DNA from: Dehalococcoidia bacterium
GTDB lineage: Bacteria; Chloroflexota; Dehalococcoidia; Lucifugimonadales; VXLM01
Length of the DNA: 64,000 bases
Assembly: GCA_963662435.1 (NCBI GenBank)
Contig: OY759598.1
Location: 900,507 to 964,506, forward strand
Direction of reading: 5' to 3'
This document shows, one piece after another, positions 29,318 through 38,279 of the stretch. The notes below the pieces were generated by a model, which had not been told where the DNA came from, searched no databases, and worked only from the letters and a program-made list of their open reading frames with translations. Position 1 is the first letter of the stretch; each line of letters starts with the position of its first letter. The position numbers and the translations under genes are program-made.

Positions 29318-30988
29318 TTAGGTGTCCTGATTCGACTTGGTTTCGATGATCCACTCGGTGAGGGGGCTTGGTGACGGCTCGATCATGACGTTCACGACGG
29401 CGGGCTTTCCGGCGGCGAAGGCACGCTTGAGGGCTGGGAGGAGTTGGTCGCGGGTCTCAACGAGTTCGCCGTGCGCGCCCATACCTTCGGCAACGGTGTC
29501 GAAGCGCGTGGGCAACATGGTCGTGGCTACGATCTTGCCGAATAGCTGGTCCTGCTGGTGATAGTCGATTCCCCAGACACGGTCGTTGCCGACGATGAAG
29601 ACGACCGGCAGGTTGTGACGAACGGCGGTGTCGACCTCGAAGCCGTTGAAGCCGAATCCGCCGTCTCCCGTGAATACGACGACGCGGGAGTCGGGCAGGG
29701 CGACCTGGGCGCCGACGCCATAGGGGACGCCCCATCCCAGCATTCCAAGCGTACCGTTGGTGATCCAGCGGTGCTGCTTGTGCGCGGGATGGTATGACGC
29801 TCCATAGAAGCCGAAGTCGGCCCCTTCGAAGATGAGGCACGTGTCATCGTCGATGAGTTGCTTTACTGCAGAGTGCAGATCCATGGCATGAAGCTGGTCA
29901 CTCTTCGCGGTGCGCGTTTCGAGGGAGGCTATCTGGCTGGCAGTGGCGCTCTTGAGCGAATCTATCATCGGGTGCTTGGACCACGAACGGGTAGACGCCT
30001 CCTCCGCGAGCTGGCGGACGACGGCTCCGGGGTCGGCGACGATGCCAAGCTCCACGTCGCGGGCCGTTGCGACATGCTCCCACGCGGGCTCGACCTGGAT
30101 GATCTTCGTGGACGCGCCAATGGTGGGAGGGCCGCCGAAGGAGATGGTGTAGTCCAGCTTCTTGCCCAGCAGGAGAAGGACATCGGCTTCGTGAATGGAC
30201 TTGGCGGCATCATTGACCCTGCCGTCCGAATATCCGGCGCAGAGGGGATGGTCGTCGGAGATGACGCCGCGAACCGACTGTTCCGTGAATACGGGGATGC
30301 CTGTGGTCTCGACCAGGCGCTCGATGTCCTCACGCTGCACGGTGTACGCGCCGTTGGCGGCGATGATAAGCGGTCGCTCGGCGGCCTGGAGAAGGTCGAC
30401 GGCGGCGCGAATGTCGGATGAGCTCGCGTGAGCCGGGCTCTCGGACGACGCATACCGATGTGCTCGGTCGGCAACGTCTTCCTCGGAGACTGTGGCCTCC
30501 TGGACGTCGAGGGGAATGGTGAGATGAACAGGGCCGCGACGACCGTGAAGCGCGGTGCGAAAGGCGCGCGAGAAATACTCAGGGGCGCGGTGCGGGTCTG
30601 AGAGGAGCCACGAGCCCTTCGTGACCGGCGTGGCCATTCCGACCTGGTCGATCTCCTGGGAAGCTCCCAGTCCGAGCCGGTCCTGGGTGGCGCTGCCACT
30701 GATGTTCACGACGGGCGTTTCCATGTGGTAGGCGAAGGTCAGGCCGGGTATGGCGTTGGCGTGGCCGGGCGTCGTGAACATGGTGACCCCGGGATTGCCC
30801 GTGATGCGGCCGTATGCGTTGGCCATATCGACGGCTGCCTGCTCGTGTCTCACGTCGATGAAAGTGAAGCCCTCGTCTGCCATGTGGTCCATGAGGGGAA
30901 GGGTGTGATCGCCCGCGATGGTGAAGACTGTTTTTGCGCCGGCGCGGGAGAGCGAGCGGGTGATGATTTCGTACCCTTTTAGCTTCAT
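29318..30988 (-). CDS. ThDP-dependent enzyme (IlvB-like / 2-hydroxyacyl-CoA lyase-like)
   Basis: VRHEQAA, GRRGPVHL and GDGGFGF...N motifs; start revised to MKLKG with GGAGG RBS. Confidence 0.88.
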   Translation of the reverse strand: MKLKGYEIITRSLSRAGAKTVFTIAGDHTLPLMDHMADEGFTFIDVRHEQAAVDMANAYGRITGNPGVTMFTTPGHANAIPGLTFAYHMETPVVNISGSATQDRLGLGASQEIDQVGMATPVTKGSWLLSDPHRAPEYFSRAFRTALHGRRGPVHLTIPLDVQEATVSEEDVADRAHRYASSESPAHASSSDIRAAVDLLQAAERPLIIAANGAYTVQREDIERLVETTGIPVFTEQSVRGVISDDHPLCAGYSDGRVNDAAKSIHEADVLLLLGKKLDYTISFGGPPTIGASTKIIQVEPAWEHVATARDVELGIVADPGAVVRQLAEEASTRSWSKHPMIDSLKSATASQIASLETRTAKSDQLHAMDLHSAVKQLIDDDTCLIFEGADFGFYGASYHPAHKQHRWITNGTLGMLGWGVPYGVGAQVALPDSRVVVFTGDGGFGFNGFEVDTAVRHNLPVVFIVGNDRVWGIDYHQQDQLFGKIVATTMLPTRFDTVAEGMGAHGELVETRDQLLPALKRAFAAGKPAVVNVMIEPSPSPLTEWIIETKSNQDT

Positions 30989-31203
30989 CGGATGTACCTC
31001 CATCTTGGGAGAAAGGCAGGACTTGGAATTCGCGGGGAAAATTGCGAATACATTGAGGGGAAATATAGTTGATTCATGAATTATCGCGCAATACACTTTT
31101 AGCAAGTCGCGCGAAATACTTGCTGGCGAGTGTCCGCCCCTTAAAACGGCACAGGGCAAAGCGGCGCAGACGGTACTCTACAACCGAGAGCTAAAAACCG
31201 GCC

Positions 31204-32622
31204 ATGCAAGATATTAAGCGTACGTCCCCGGACGGGGACGTTCCTCCAGTCCGCAACCCTTCTTCCAGTTCCGGCAGTCGAAAGCCTCCCCCAGTCTCCC
31301 GCACGCGGTTCTATTCCGGGTATACGAGAATTCGTACCCTTGAATCGTTCCAACACCGGGACTTCGGATTCATGTGGGCGGTGATGTTCTGTATGGCAAT
31401 CGCCGGCTGGATCATCAACATTACCACGGGATGGATCACCTACGAACTCACGTCGTCCCCGCTTTTGACGGGCCTCGCCATCGGCATGGGGGCGGTCCCA
31501 CCGATCATCATTGCGCCGATTGCGGGCGTGCTCATCGACAGTCTCGACCGGAAGAAGGTGATGATTGCGGCGATGGCATCCTACGTTGTGTTCATCGGTG
31601 TGTTCGGAGCCATCGTGATTCTCGGAATACTCCAACCGTGGCATGTCTTCGTGGTGAGTTTCCTGATGGGCGTGTCGGGCTCGTTCCTGATGCCGGTCGA
31701 GCAGGCGATTTTGGCGAACGTCGTACCGAAGAGACTCATCGTCAACGCGTTCGCCCTGGTAGCGTTTGCCGGTAGCGTCACCCGGCTGATTGCGCCTGCG
31801 ATGACGGGGTTCCTCATAGCGTTTGTGGGTCCAGGGGTCTCCATCATGCTGGCCTGCGCGTTTGTATTGGCGGGGATCAAGCTCACGCTGCACGTGCGAG
31901 TGTCCGAAAGGGAACGTCAGCCGATCAAGCCAAAGACCGTCTTGACCGATGTGCTGGAAGCCGGGCGGTATGTGAAAGGCTCGCGGGTCGTCCTAGCCAT
32001 GATGGTCATGACCACGGCGCTCCTGACATTCATCAGCACGGTAAACATGGGGCTGATGCCGGTCTTTGCATCGGACATATTCGAGGCCGGACCGCAAGTC
32101 CTCGGACTCCTCGTCGCGGCGCTCGGTGGCGGAATGACCATTGGCACGATAGCGATTGCGACCGTAGGCGATTCGAGGAGAAGGGTGAGGATAGTCCTGA
32201 TTGCCGGCGCTGTAACGGCCCTGGGCGTGATGGCCTTTTCCCACAGCGGCACGCTGTTCCTCGCATTCCCGATGCTCATGCTGTACGGGGCAACGATGGT
32301 CATGACCTGGACGGTGGCGGGCGCGCTCATCCAGTCCATCGTGCCGGACGCCCTACGAGGCAGGATCGCGGCCCTGTCAGTGATGACACATGCATTCTTC
32401 CCTGTCGGCATGTTTTTTGTCGGCGGGATTGCCCAGTTGCTTGGCGCACCCATTGCCACGCTGATTTCCGGGGCGTCAGTCCTTGTGGTCGTGATTGGGA
32501 TACCCCTGGTATTCCGGGGCGTGTGGAGCTACCGGACAGGCGAAACCCTGGACAGGGACGAAGAGGCTACTGACGACAGCTCGTTGGACTCGCCTGATAA
32601 GCTGGAACCGCAACCAGCATAA
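31204..32622 (+). CDS. MFS transporter (DHA3/EntS-like)
   Basis: About 12 TM helices, GVLIDSLDRKK motif A and VPDALRGR. Confidence 0.88.
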   Translation: MQDIKRTSPDGDVPPVRNPSSSSGSRKPPPVSRTRFYSGYTRIRTLESFQHRDFGFMWAVMFCMAIAGWIINITTGWITYELTSSPLLTGLAIGMGAVPPIIIAPIAGVLIDSLDRKKVMIAAMASYVVFIGVFGAIVILGILQPWHVFVVSFLMGVSGSFLMPVEQAILANVVPKRLIVNAFALVAFAGSVTRLIAPAMTGFLIAFVGPGVSIMLACAFVLAGIKLTLHVRVSERERQPIKPKTVLTDVLEAGRYVKGSRVVLAMMVMTTALLTFISTVNMGLMPVFASDIFEAGPQVLGLLVAALGGGMTIGTIAIATVGDSRRRVRIVLIAGAVTALGVMAFSHSGTLFLAFPMLMLYGATMVMTWTVAGALIQSIVPDALRGRIAALSVMTHAFFPVGMFFVGGIAQLLGAPIATLISGASVLVVVIGIPLVFRGVWSYRTGETLDRDEEATDDSSLDSPDKLEPQPA

Positions 32623-32635
32623 CGGAAAACACCCC

Positions 32636-33916
32636 GTGCAATCCGCTTCCGACCACCGACGGCGGAGAGCAACAGCCTCGAAGGGGGTTCTTCGCTCGCT
32701 AGGGAGGATTCGCGCCCTCCGATCTCTGCGCGTCCGCGACTTTCGCCTTCTGTGGTTCACCGGCTGGTGCAATAACAGCAGCTTGTGGGTGGAGGGCGTC
32801 GTACTGGGCTGGCTGACCTACCAGGTCACGCAGTCGGCCCTGCTCACCACGCTCTCGGTAGGAATGGGGGCGCTGCCGTCAGTCGTCATCGGTCCACTTG
32901 GCGGGATCTACATCGACCGTTGGGACCGCAAGACACTGCTGAGGGCGTCCATCGCGACCCACATCGCCCTGACTGCGGCGCTCACCGCGGTCGTGTTCGC
33001 GGAGGCGGTTGCCGCGTGGCACATTTTCGTCTACATCTTCTTGAACGGCGCCGTTCGCACGCTTCGCATGGTCATCGAATCGTCGCTGATACCGAACATG
33101 GTGCCAGGCAGGCTCATGACGAACGGGTTTTCTCTCTTCATGCTGACCGGGAGTTTCACCCGGTTCATCGTGCCGGCCATGACAGGAGTGGCCATCGGCC
33201 TCGTCGGGTCAGGGCCGACGATGACAGTCTCGCTGGCGCTCTACGTACTAGCGCTGGTGGCCGGGCTGCGAATCCAACTGAAGGACAGATCCTCGCAGGA
33301 ATCTGTTGGCCATTCACCGTCGAACGACCTTGTCGAGGGACTAATGTACCTCGCACGAGAGAGGCGGATTCTCGCCATCTACGTCCTTCCCGCCATGTTG
33401 ATGTTGTTCATCGCCCCGGTCAATATGGGGCTTATGCCGGTGTATGTCACCGAGGTCTTCGAGGGAGGCCCAGACACGCTGGGTTTCATCATTGGAGCGC
33501 TCGGCGCGGGTATGACGTTCGGAACACTCATTCTTGCCAGTCTCGGTGAAATTCGGTTCAAGGCGCGGGCAATGACGTTCGCATGCATAGGGACCGGCGT
33601 CGGTATGCTTGCATTCACGCAGGTGACATTCCTGCCCGCCGCCCTTGCGGTCGTCCTGGCGTACAGTGGGCTGATGATGATGGTGTACGTGCTGGCAAGC
33701 ACGGCAGTCCAGCGCATCATACCCGACCGGCTGCGCGGGCGGGTGACGGCACTTCTGGGCGCGACGTTTGCGGTGTTCCCGGTCGGAACGCTGATCGTCG
33801 GAGGCTTGGCTCAACGGCTAGGAGCGCAGGAGGCGGTGATGGCCAGCACTGTGGCTTTCGGGCTGACGCTTCTTGTATACACGACTTCGTATCGCCGCAT
33901 CTGGACGATGCGGTAG
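32636..33916 (+). CDS. MFS transporter (DHA3/EntS-like), paralog of upstream gene
   Basis: RDFRLLW, GIYIDRWDRK and IPDRLRGRV; start placed at GTG 32636 (uncertain). Confidence 0.85.
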   Translation: MQSASDHRRRRATASKGVLRSLGRIRALRSLRVRDFRLLWFTGWCNNSSLWVEGVVLGWLTYQVTQSALLTTLSVGMGALPSVVIGPLGGIYIDRWDRKTLLRASIATHIALTAALTAVVFAEAVAAWHIFVYIFLNGAVRTLRMVIESSLIPNMVPGRLMTNGFSLFMLTGSFTRFIVPAMTGVAIGLVGSGPTMTVSLALYVLALVAGLRIQLKDRSSQESVGHSPSNDLVEGLMYLARERRILAIYVLPAMLMLFIAPVNMGLMPVYVTEVFEGGPDTLGFIIGALGAGMTFGTLILASLGEIRFKARAMTFACIGTGVGMLAFTQVTFLPAALAVVLAYSGLMMMVYVLASTAVQRIIPDRLRGRVTALLGATFAVFPVGTLIVGGLAQRLGAQEAVMASTVAFGLTLLVYTTSYRRIWTMR

Positions 33917-33975
33917 GGAAAGGCCTGCGACGGGTAGCTGTTCAGATTTCGTAAGAGGGCTCAACACACGCAGTC

Positions 33976-34008
33976 ACCGTCATACCCGCGAAGGTGGGTA
34001 TCCACAGG
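33976..34008. repeat. Palindromic repeat ACCGTCATACCCGCGAAGGTGGGTATCCA (inverted partner at 35166-35198)
   Basis: The reverse complement of 35166-35198 reads ACCGTCATACCGGCGAAGGCCGGTATCCAGAGG. Confidence 0.75.
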
Positions 34009-34108
34009 GGGAGGGTGTTCCTCTCATCAACTCTGAATAGTTACCGTAACGAATGAGTCGGTGACGTGTTGCCGTCGCTTACAGTATCATCGTGCGGGGA
34101 GGAGCCAG

Positions 34109-35083
34109 ATGACATTCAAGCTCGTCATAATTGAACCGCGAGATCCGGGTGCGGAGACACCGGCGGCAAGGTCTTGGCCGGACAGGATTCGCGCGCTTGT
34201 GCCGAGTGTGGAAGTGCGGTACTGCACGTCCGCGGAGCAGGCTGCGGAAGCAATCGCGGACGCGGACGCGGCTTTCGGGGACATCGTACCGGAGCTGTTC
34301 GAGCGTGCTCAGAAGCTTCAGTGGATACAGTCGCCTCAAGCAGGGCCCAAGGCCGGGTATTATCACGAGGGACTCGTTCAGAGCGACGTCGTGGTAACGA
34401 ATATGCGCGGTATATTCAACGATCACATCAGCGCGCATATCATGTCGTACGTGCTCACTTTTGCACGCGGTCTGCACGTCTACCGGGACAGGCAGCGCAA
34501 TGGGGAGTGGACCAAGGGATACGACACCGTCTATTTGACCGAGGCAACGGCGGTCATCGTCGGGGTCGGGGGGATTGGCGGCGAGACGGCGCGGCTCTGC
34601 GCGGAATTCGGGATGACGGTCATCGGAGTCGACGGGAGGGTGCAAGAACCACCGGCGGGGGTTGCCGAGCTGCACGGGCCGGAGGCGTTGGGAGAGGTGA
34701 TTCCCCGGGCTGACTTCCTGATAGTCACGGTGCCTGAGACGCCGAGCACGCAGGGGCTGTTCAATCGCGAGACGCTGTCGGCCCTGAAGCGCCCGGCGTT
34801 CTTCATCAATATTGGGCGCGGGGCGACGACGAATTTGAGCGACCTTGCGGAAATGGTAGAAGCGGGAGAGATCGCAGGGGCGGCGCTGGACGTGTATGAG
34901 ATTGAGCCGCTGCCGTCCGAGCATCCGCTTTGGGGGTTGCCGAACGTCATCCTGACCCCGCACATCGCAGCCGACGGGCCCTACATCGACGACCGGCGCA
35001 CGGAGGTGTTCGTGGACAACTGCGTGCGTTTCAGCGAAGGGCGTCCGTTACGGAATGTTGTCGACAAGGCGCAGTGGTTCTGA
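34109..35083 (+). CDS. D-2-hydroxyacid dehydrogenase
   Basis: GVGGIG Rossmann motif, NIGRG, LDVYEIEPLP and LTPHIA; start revised to ATG 34109 with GGAGG RBS. Confidence 0.92.
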   Translation: MTFKLVIIEPRDPGAETPAARSWPDRIRALVPSVEVRYCTSAEQAAEAIADADAAFGDIVPELFERAQKLQWIQSPQAGPKAGYYHEGLVQSDVVVTNMRGIFNDHISAHIMSYVLTFARGLHVYRDRQRNGEWTKGYDTVYLTEATAVIVGVGGIGGETARLCAEFGMTVIGVDGRVQEPPAGVAELHGPEALGEVIPRADFLIVTVPETPSTQGLFNRETLSALKRPAFFINIGRGATTNLSDLAEMVEAGEIAGAALDVYEIEPLPSEHPLWGLPNVILTPHIAADGPYIDDRRTEVFVDNCVRFSEGRPLRNVVDKAQWF

Positions 35084-35208
35084 TTGTGCGGTAGCCCATC
35101 CAACCGTTGCAATAGGCTACACCGTTGTGTGATGAGCCAGGCGAAACAGGACACTAGCCCCTCGTCCTCTGGATACCGGCCTTCGCCGGTATGACGGTTG
35201 GGGTAGGG

Positions 35209-36678
35209 CTACACCGAGGGCAGCGGGGTAGAGTCTCCCACGTCGTGCATCCATATCCTGATGCGGGCCGTCATGTCGCGGATGCGATCGCGGTGAGCGG
35301 GGTCGTTGTAGAGGTTGTGCATCTCGTGCGGGTCGGTGTTGAGGTCGTAGAGCTCGGACTGGTCGGCGTGGCTAAGATTGAGCTTCCAGCGGTCGGGAGT
35401 GATGACCGAACGCCACGGGGCTGAGACCATGCGGTTGATGGACGGGTTGCCGAGATTCCTGTCGCCGTAGCCGTTCCATTGCACGAAAACATCGTTGTCG
35501 TCGAGAGTCTCGCTGCCCTCAAGCACGGGGACGAGGCTCTTGCCATCGACGTGATCGGGCGCCTGGTCACCCACGAGTTCGAGCAGGGTGGGCAAGAGGT
35601 CGATGAGACTCACGCTGCCGTCGATCTTCCGCGGTCCTTCGCCAAGCCACGGGGCGTGAATGAATAGCGGCACGCGGGTGGCTTCTTCGTACATGGAGCG
35701 CTTTTCGAGCATCCCGTGATCGCCGGCCATTTCGCCGTGCTCGCTGGTGAATACGATGATGGTGTTGTCCGCCTGACCGGTCTCTTCGAGCGCGCTGAGG
35801 ATGCGTCCGACGTTGCGGTCGACGAGCGTGACGTTGGCGAAATACTGGGCGCGGAGCTTGCGCCACCCCTCTTCCGTCGTGGTGTCGTGGATGTCGCCGC
35901 CCTTTTCCGCAAGGGGATTGAGTCCGCCCGTCAGATAGTGTTCCGCGCGGAGCCGGTTCACGAGCGAGCCGCCTTCGGGATGCTGCATGAAGGTTGGGCC
36001 GACGGGGAGAGAGGCCGGGTCGTACAGGTCATTCAGTGGGCCGGTGTAGGGTGGATGCGGTTCAAAGAACGAAGTAAACAGCATGAATGGCCGGTCACGG
36101 TGCGGAGACTCGGCGTGCTCGCGGATAAAGCGTGAGGCCTCGCCTCCGAGGTAGCTCGCCTGGGTCAGTTCCGCCGACAGACCGGCCGTAGGGAACCAAG
36201 TCTCGTATGACTGTCCCGAAGGCGGCTCGACGCCGTGCGCGCGCAGCCAGACGTTGTAGTCGGACTCGAGGAAGCGGTGCTCTTTCCTGGTAGTTGTGCC
36301 AGCGTTCAGGTGCCAGTCCTCGATGCTGCGCCAGTCCTCGAAGCCGTGCTGGGGGACCAGGTCGTTGCCGAGGTGCCACTTCCCGTAGTGCGCGCAGAGG
36401 TAGTCGTCCGAGACCATCTCAGCGATGGTGGGCGTGTCGCTCCGCAGGTGGATGCCGTTGCCGATGAGGCCGGTCGACTGCGGGTACATGCCTGTCATGA
36501 TGGAGGCGCGCGAAGGAGTGCATACCGGCTGGGTGACGTAGGCGTTCTCGAAGACCATGCTCCGACGAGCCAGACCGTCGATGTTCGGTGCTTCGATCCA
36601 GTCGTTCCCGTAGGCGTAGAGCGAGTCTCGCCGCTGCTGGTCGGTGAGGATGAAGAGGATGTTGGGCTTCGACGACAT
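35209..36678 (-). CDS. Sulfatase (Cys-type, formylglycine-dependent)
   Basis: KPNILFILTDQQR, CTPSRASIMTG and GKWHLG; start revised to MSSKPN. Confidence 0.93.
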   Translation of the reverse strand: MSSKPNILFILTDQQRRDSLYAYGNDWIEAPNIDGLARRSMVFENAYVTQPVCTPSRASIMTGMYPQSTGLIGNGIHLRSDTPTIAEMVSDDYLCAHYGKWHLGNDLVPQHGFEDWRSIEDWHLNAGTTTRKEHRFLESDYNVWLRAHGVEPPSGQSYETWFPTAGLSAELTQASYLGGEASRFIREHAESPHRDRPFMLFTSFFEPHPPYTGPLNDLYDPASLPVGPTFMQHPEGGSLVNRLRAEHYLTGGLNPLAEKGGDIHDTTTEEGWRKLRAQYFANVTLVDRNVGRILSALEETGQADNTIIVFTSEHGEMAGDHGMLEKRSMYEEATRVPLFIHAPWLGEGPRKIDGSVSLIDLLPTLLELVGDQAPDHVDGKSLVPVLEGSETLDDNDVFVQWNGYGDRNLGNPSINRMVSAPWRSVITPDRWKLNLSHADQSELYDLNTDPHEMHNLYNDPAHRDRIRDMTARIRIWMHDVGDSTPLPSV

Positions 36679-36680
36679 CG

Positions 36681-37796
36681 TTACGGCAGCCACTTTTCGA
36701 AGAAGCGCTGCCAGTTCTTGTACATGATGTTCTCGATGTCCTCTTGGGAGTATCCGCGCCGGTCGAGGATATCGGCGATGTTCTGGTAGTCGGCCACGGT
36801 GTCCACGTCGTGGGGCGCGCCGTCCGCTCCACCCTGTCCGTCGGTGTCGCCGCCGATGCCCGCATGGAGCGAGTTGCCTGCAAGCTGACACACGTAGTCC
36901 ATGTGGTCGACGAGGTCTTCGAGCGTGACCAGGGGGCTGGGGAATATCTCGTGCCTCTTGAATCCGATGGTCTTCCAGTCGATGGAGTAGTACTTGTTGA
37001 GCATCCACGTGTCCATCGACGAGCCGATAACGCCGCCGCGACGGATGACCTCGAGGAGGATGTCGTCTGGCTGCTGGCGTTCGCCCGGCACAATGGCGCG
37101 ACAGTTCTGGTGACTTGCCAGCACGGGGCCATCGAACAATTCGAACTCCTCGCGGACGGACTGGTCGGAGGTGTGAGTGACGTCGAGGATCATCCCAAGC
37201 TCGCTCATGGCCTGCAGGAGGGGCTTTGCCATGGGGGTGAGACCACCGGTGGTGCCCGTTCCGGTGCCGTGCGAGTAGTAGCTGACGCCGTAGTGGGAGA
37301 GGCTGATGACGCGCAGGCCGTCGGCGTACCAGTCATGTACCTGCTCCGGCCACGTGATGGCGTCCGCGCCCTCCATACCGAGAATCATGCCGACCGGTAG
37401 GTCGTCGTAACTGGAGGCTCTCTCCCATTTCTCTATGTGGGAGGAGAACCCCTCAGACGTGTCGAGAATCGCCGCCTCGTTCTGTGCTTCAAGGATCTTG
37501 TAGTAGGCAAGCTGGCCTCTGCCGGCGGCGTGGGCATTTTCCTTCGAGCGGTACTCGCCATGCGGATGGCCGGGCTTCTTGACGCAGACGGCTACCTTTA
37601 CCAGGGCGGCGGCGATACCCCCTTTCCGCATCTCCGGCAGGGTCGCCATGATGCCTTCGTCGTCCCACCCGAACCAGCTTTTGAGTGCTGAAGGAGCCCG
37701 GGCCTGTTCGACTGGCAGGGTGAGATCACGTTGGGCGTCGATTCCTCCGACCGCCATTGGATAGTCGCCGTCGATGATGAGGGTTCTTGTCGTCAT
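36681..37796 (-). CDS. Membrane dipeptidase (M19)-like amidohydrolase
   Basis: MEGAD, LDVTH, ASHQNCRAI and GIGGDTDG; start revised to MTTRT. Confidence 0.85.
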   Translation of the reverse strand: MTTRTLIIDGDYPMAVGGIDAQRDLTLPVEQARAPSALKSWFGWDDEGIMATLPEMRKGGIAAALVKVAVCVKKPGHPHGEYRSKENAHAAGRGQLAYYKILEAQNEAAILDTSEGFSSHIEKWERASSYDDLPVGMILGMEGADAITWPEQVHDWYADGLRVISLSHYGVSYYSHGTGTGTTGGLTPMAKPLLQAMSELGMILDVTHTSDQSVREEFELFDGPVLASHQNCRAIVPGERQQPDDILLEVIRRGGVIGSSMDTWMLNKYYSIDWKTIGFKRHEIFPSPLVTLEDLVDHMDYVCQLAGNSLHAGIGGDTDGQGGADGAPHDVDTVADYQNIADILDRRGYSQEDIENIMYKNWQRFFEKWLP

Positions 37797-38279
37797 TGTG
37801 CTTGCCTCTATTGTGGGACTTGCTGGTCGTTGGGACCGCGTTGTAGCGCCGATGGCCGAAAGGGTACAACGACGGGACATCGGTGTAAATCGCGGCTTGG
37901 AGGAATGGGGGTTCCGGGTGGGAGGACGGAATGATTGACTGGACGGTTGTCTCAGTGGAGTTGCTCTTCGACTTTGACTTGTTGACATTCTGTCATTTTG
38001 AATGCAGCGGAGCGGAGTGAAGAATCCAAGGTGTCTATCACAACGTAAAGCTGACATAGAGAAGTCTTACGCTGTTTTCGCTCTTGATAATGATAGAAGC
38101 GCGTCACCGGCTGTCCGGTTTTGCTGTTATGGATTTTAGATTCCTCGCTGCACTCGGAATGACAGGGATACGGGGCCGGATCGTAGCTACAAATCCGTTT
38201 TACCTACCCCTGTCAGCCCACGACGGGAGAGGGGATGATCGGCATTCGACCAAGGTGTAAGAAGCAGATGAATACGACT

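Noticed and set aside
28967..29374. Short ORFs in repeat-rich gaps (also 21350-22119 and 61444-61905)
   Set aside because: They are translations of palindromic repeat elements, with no coding features.
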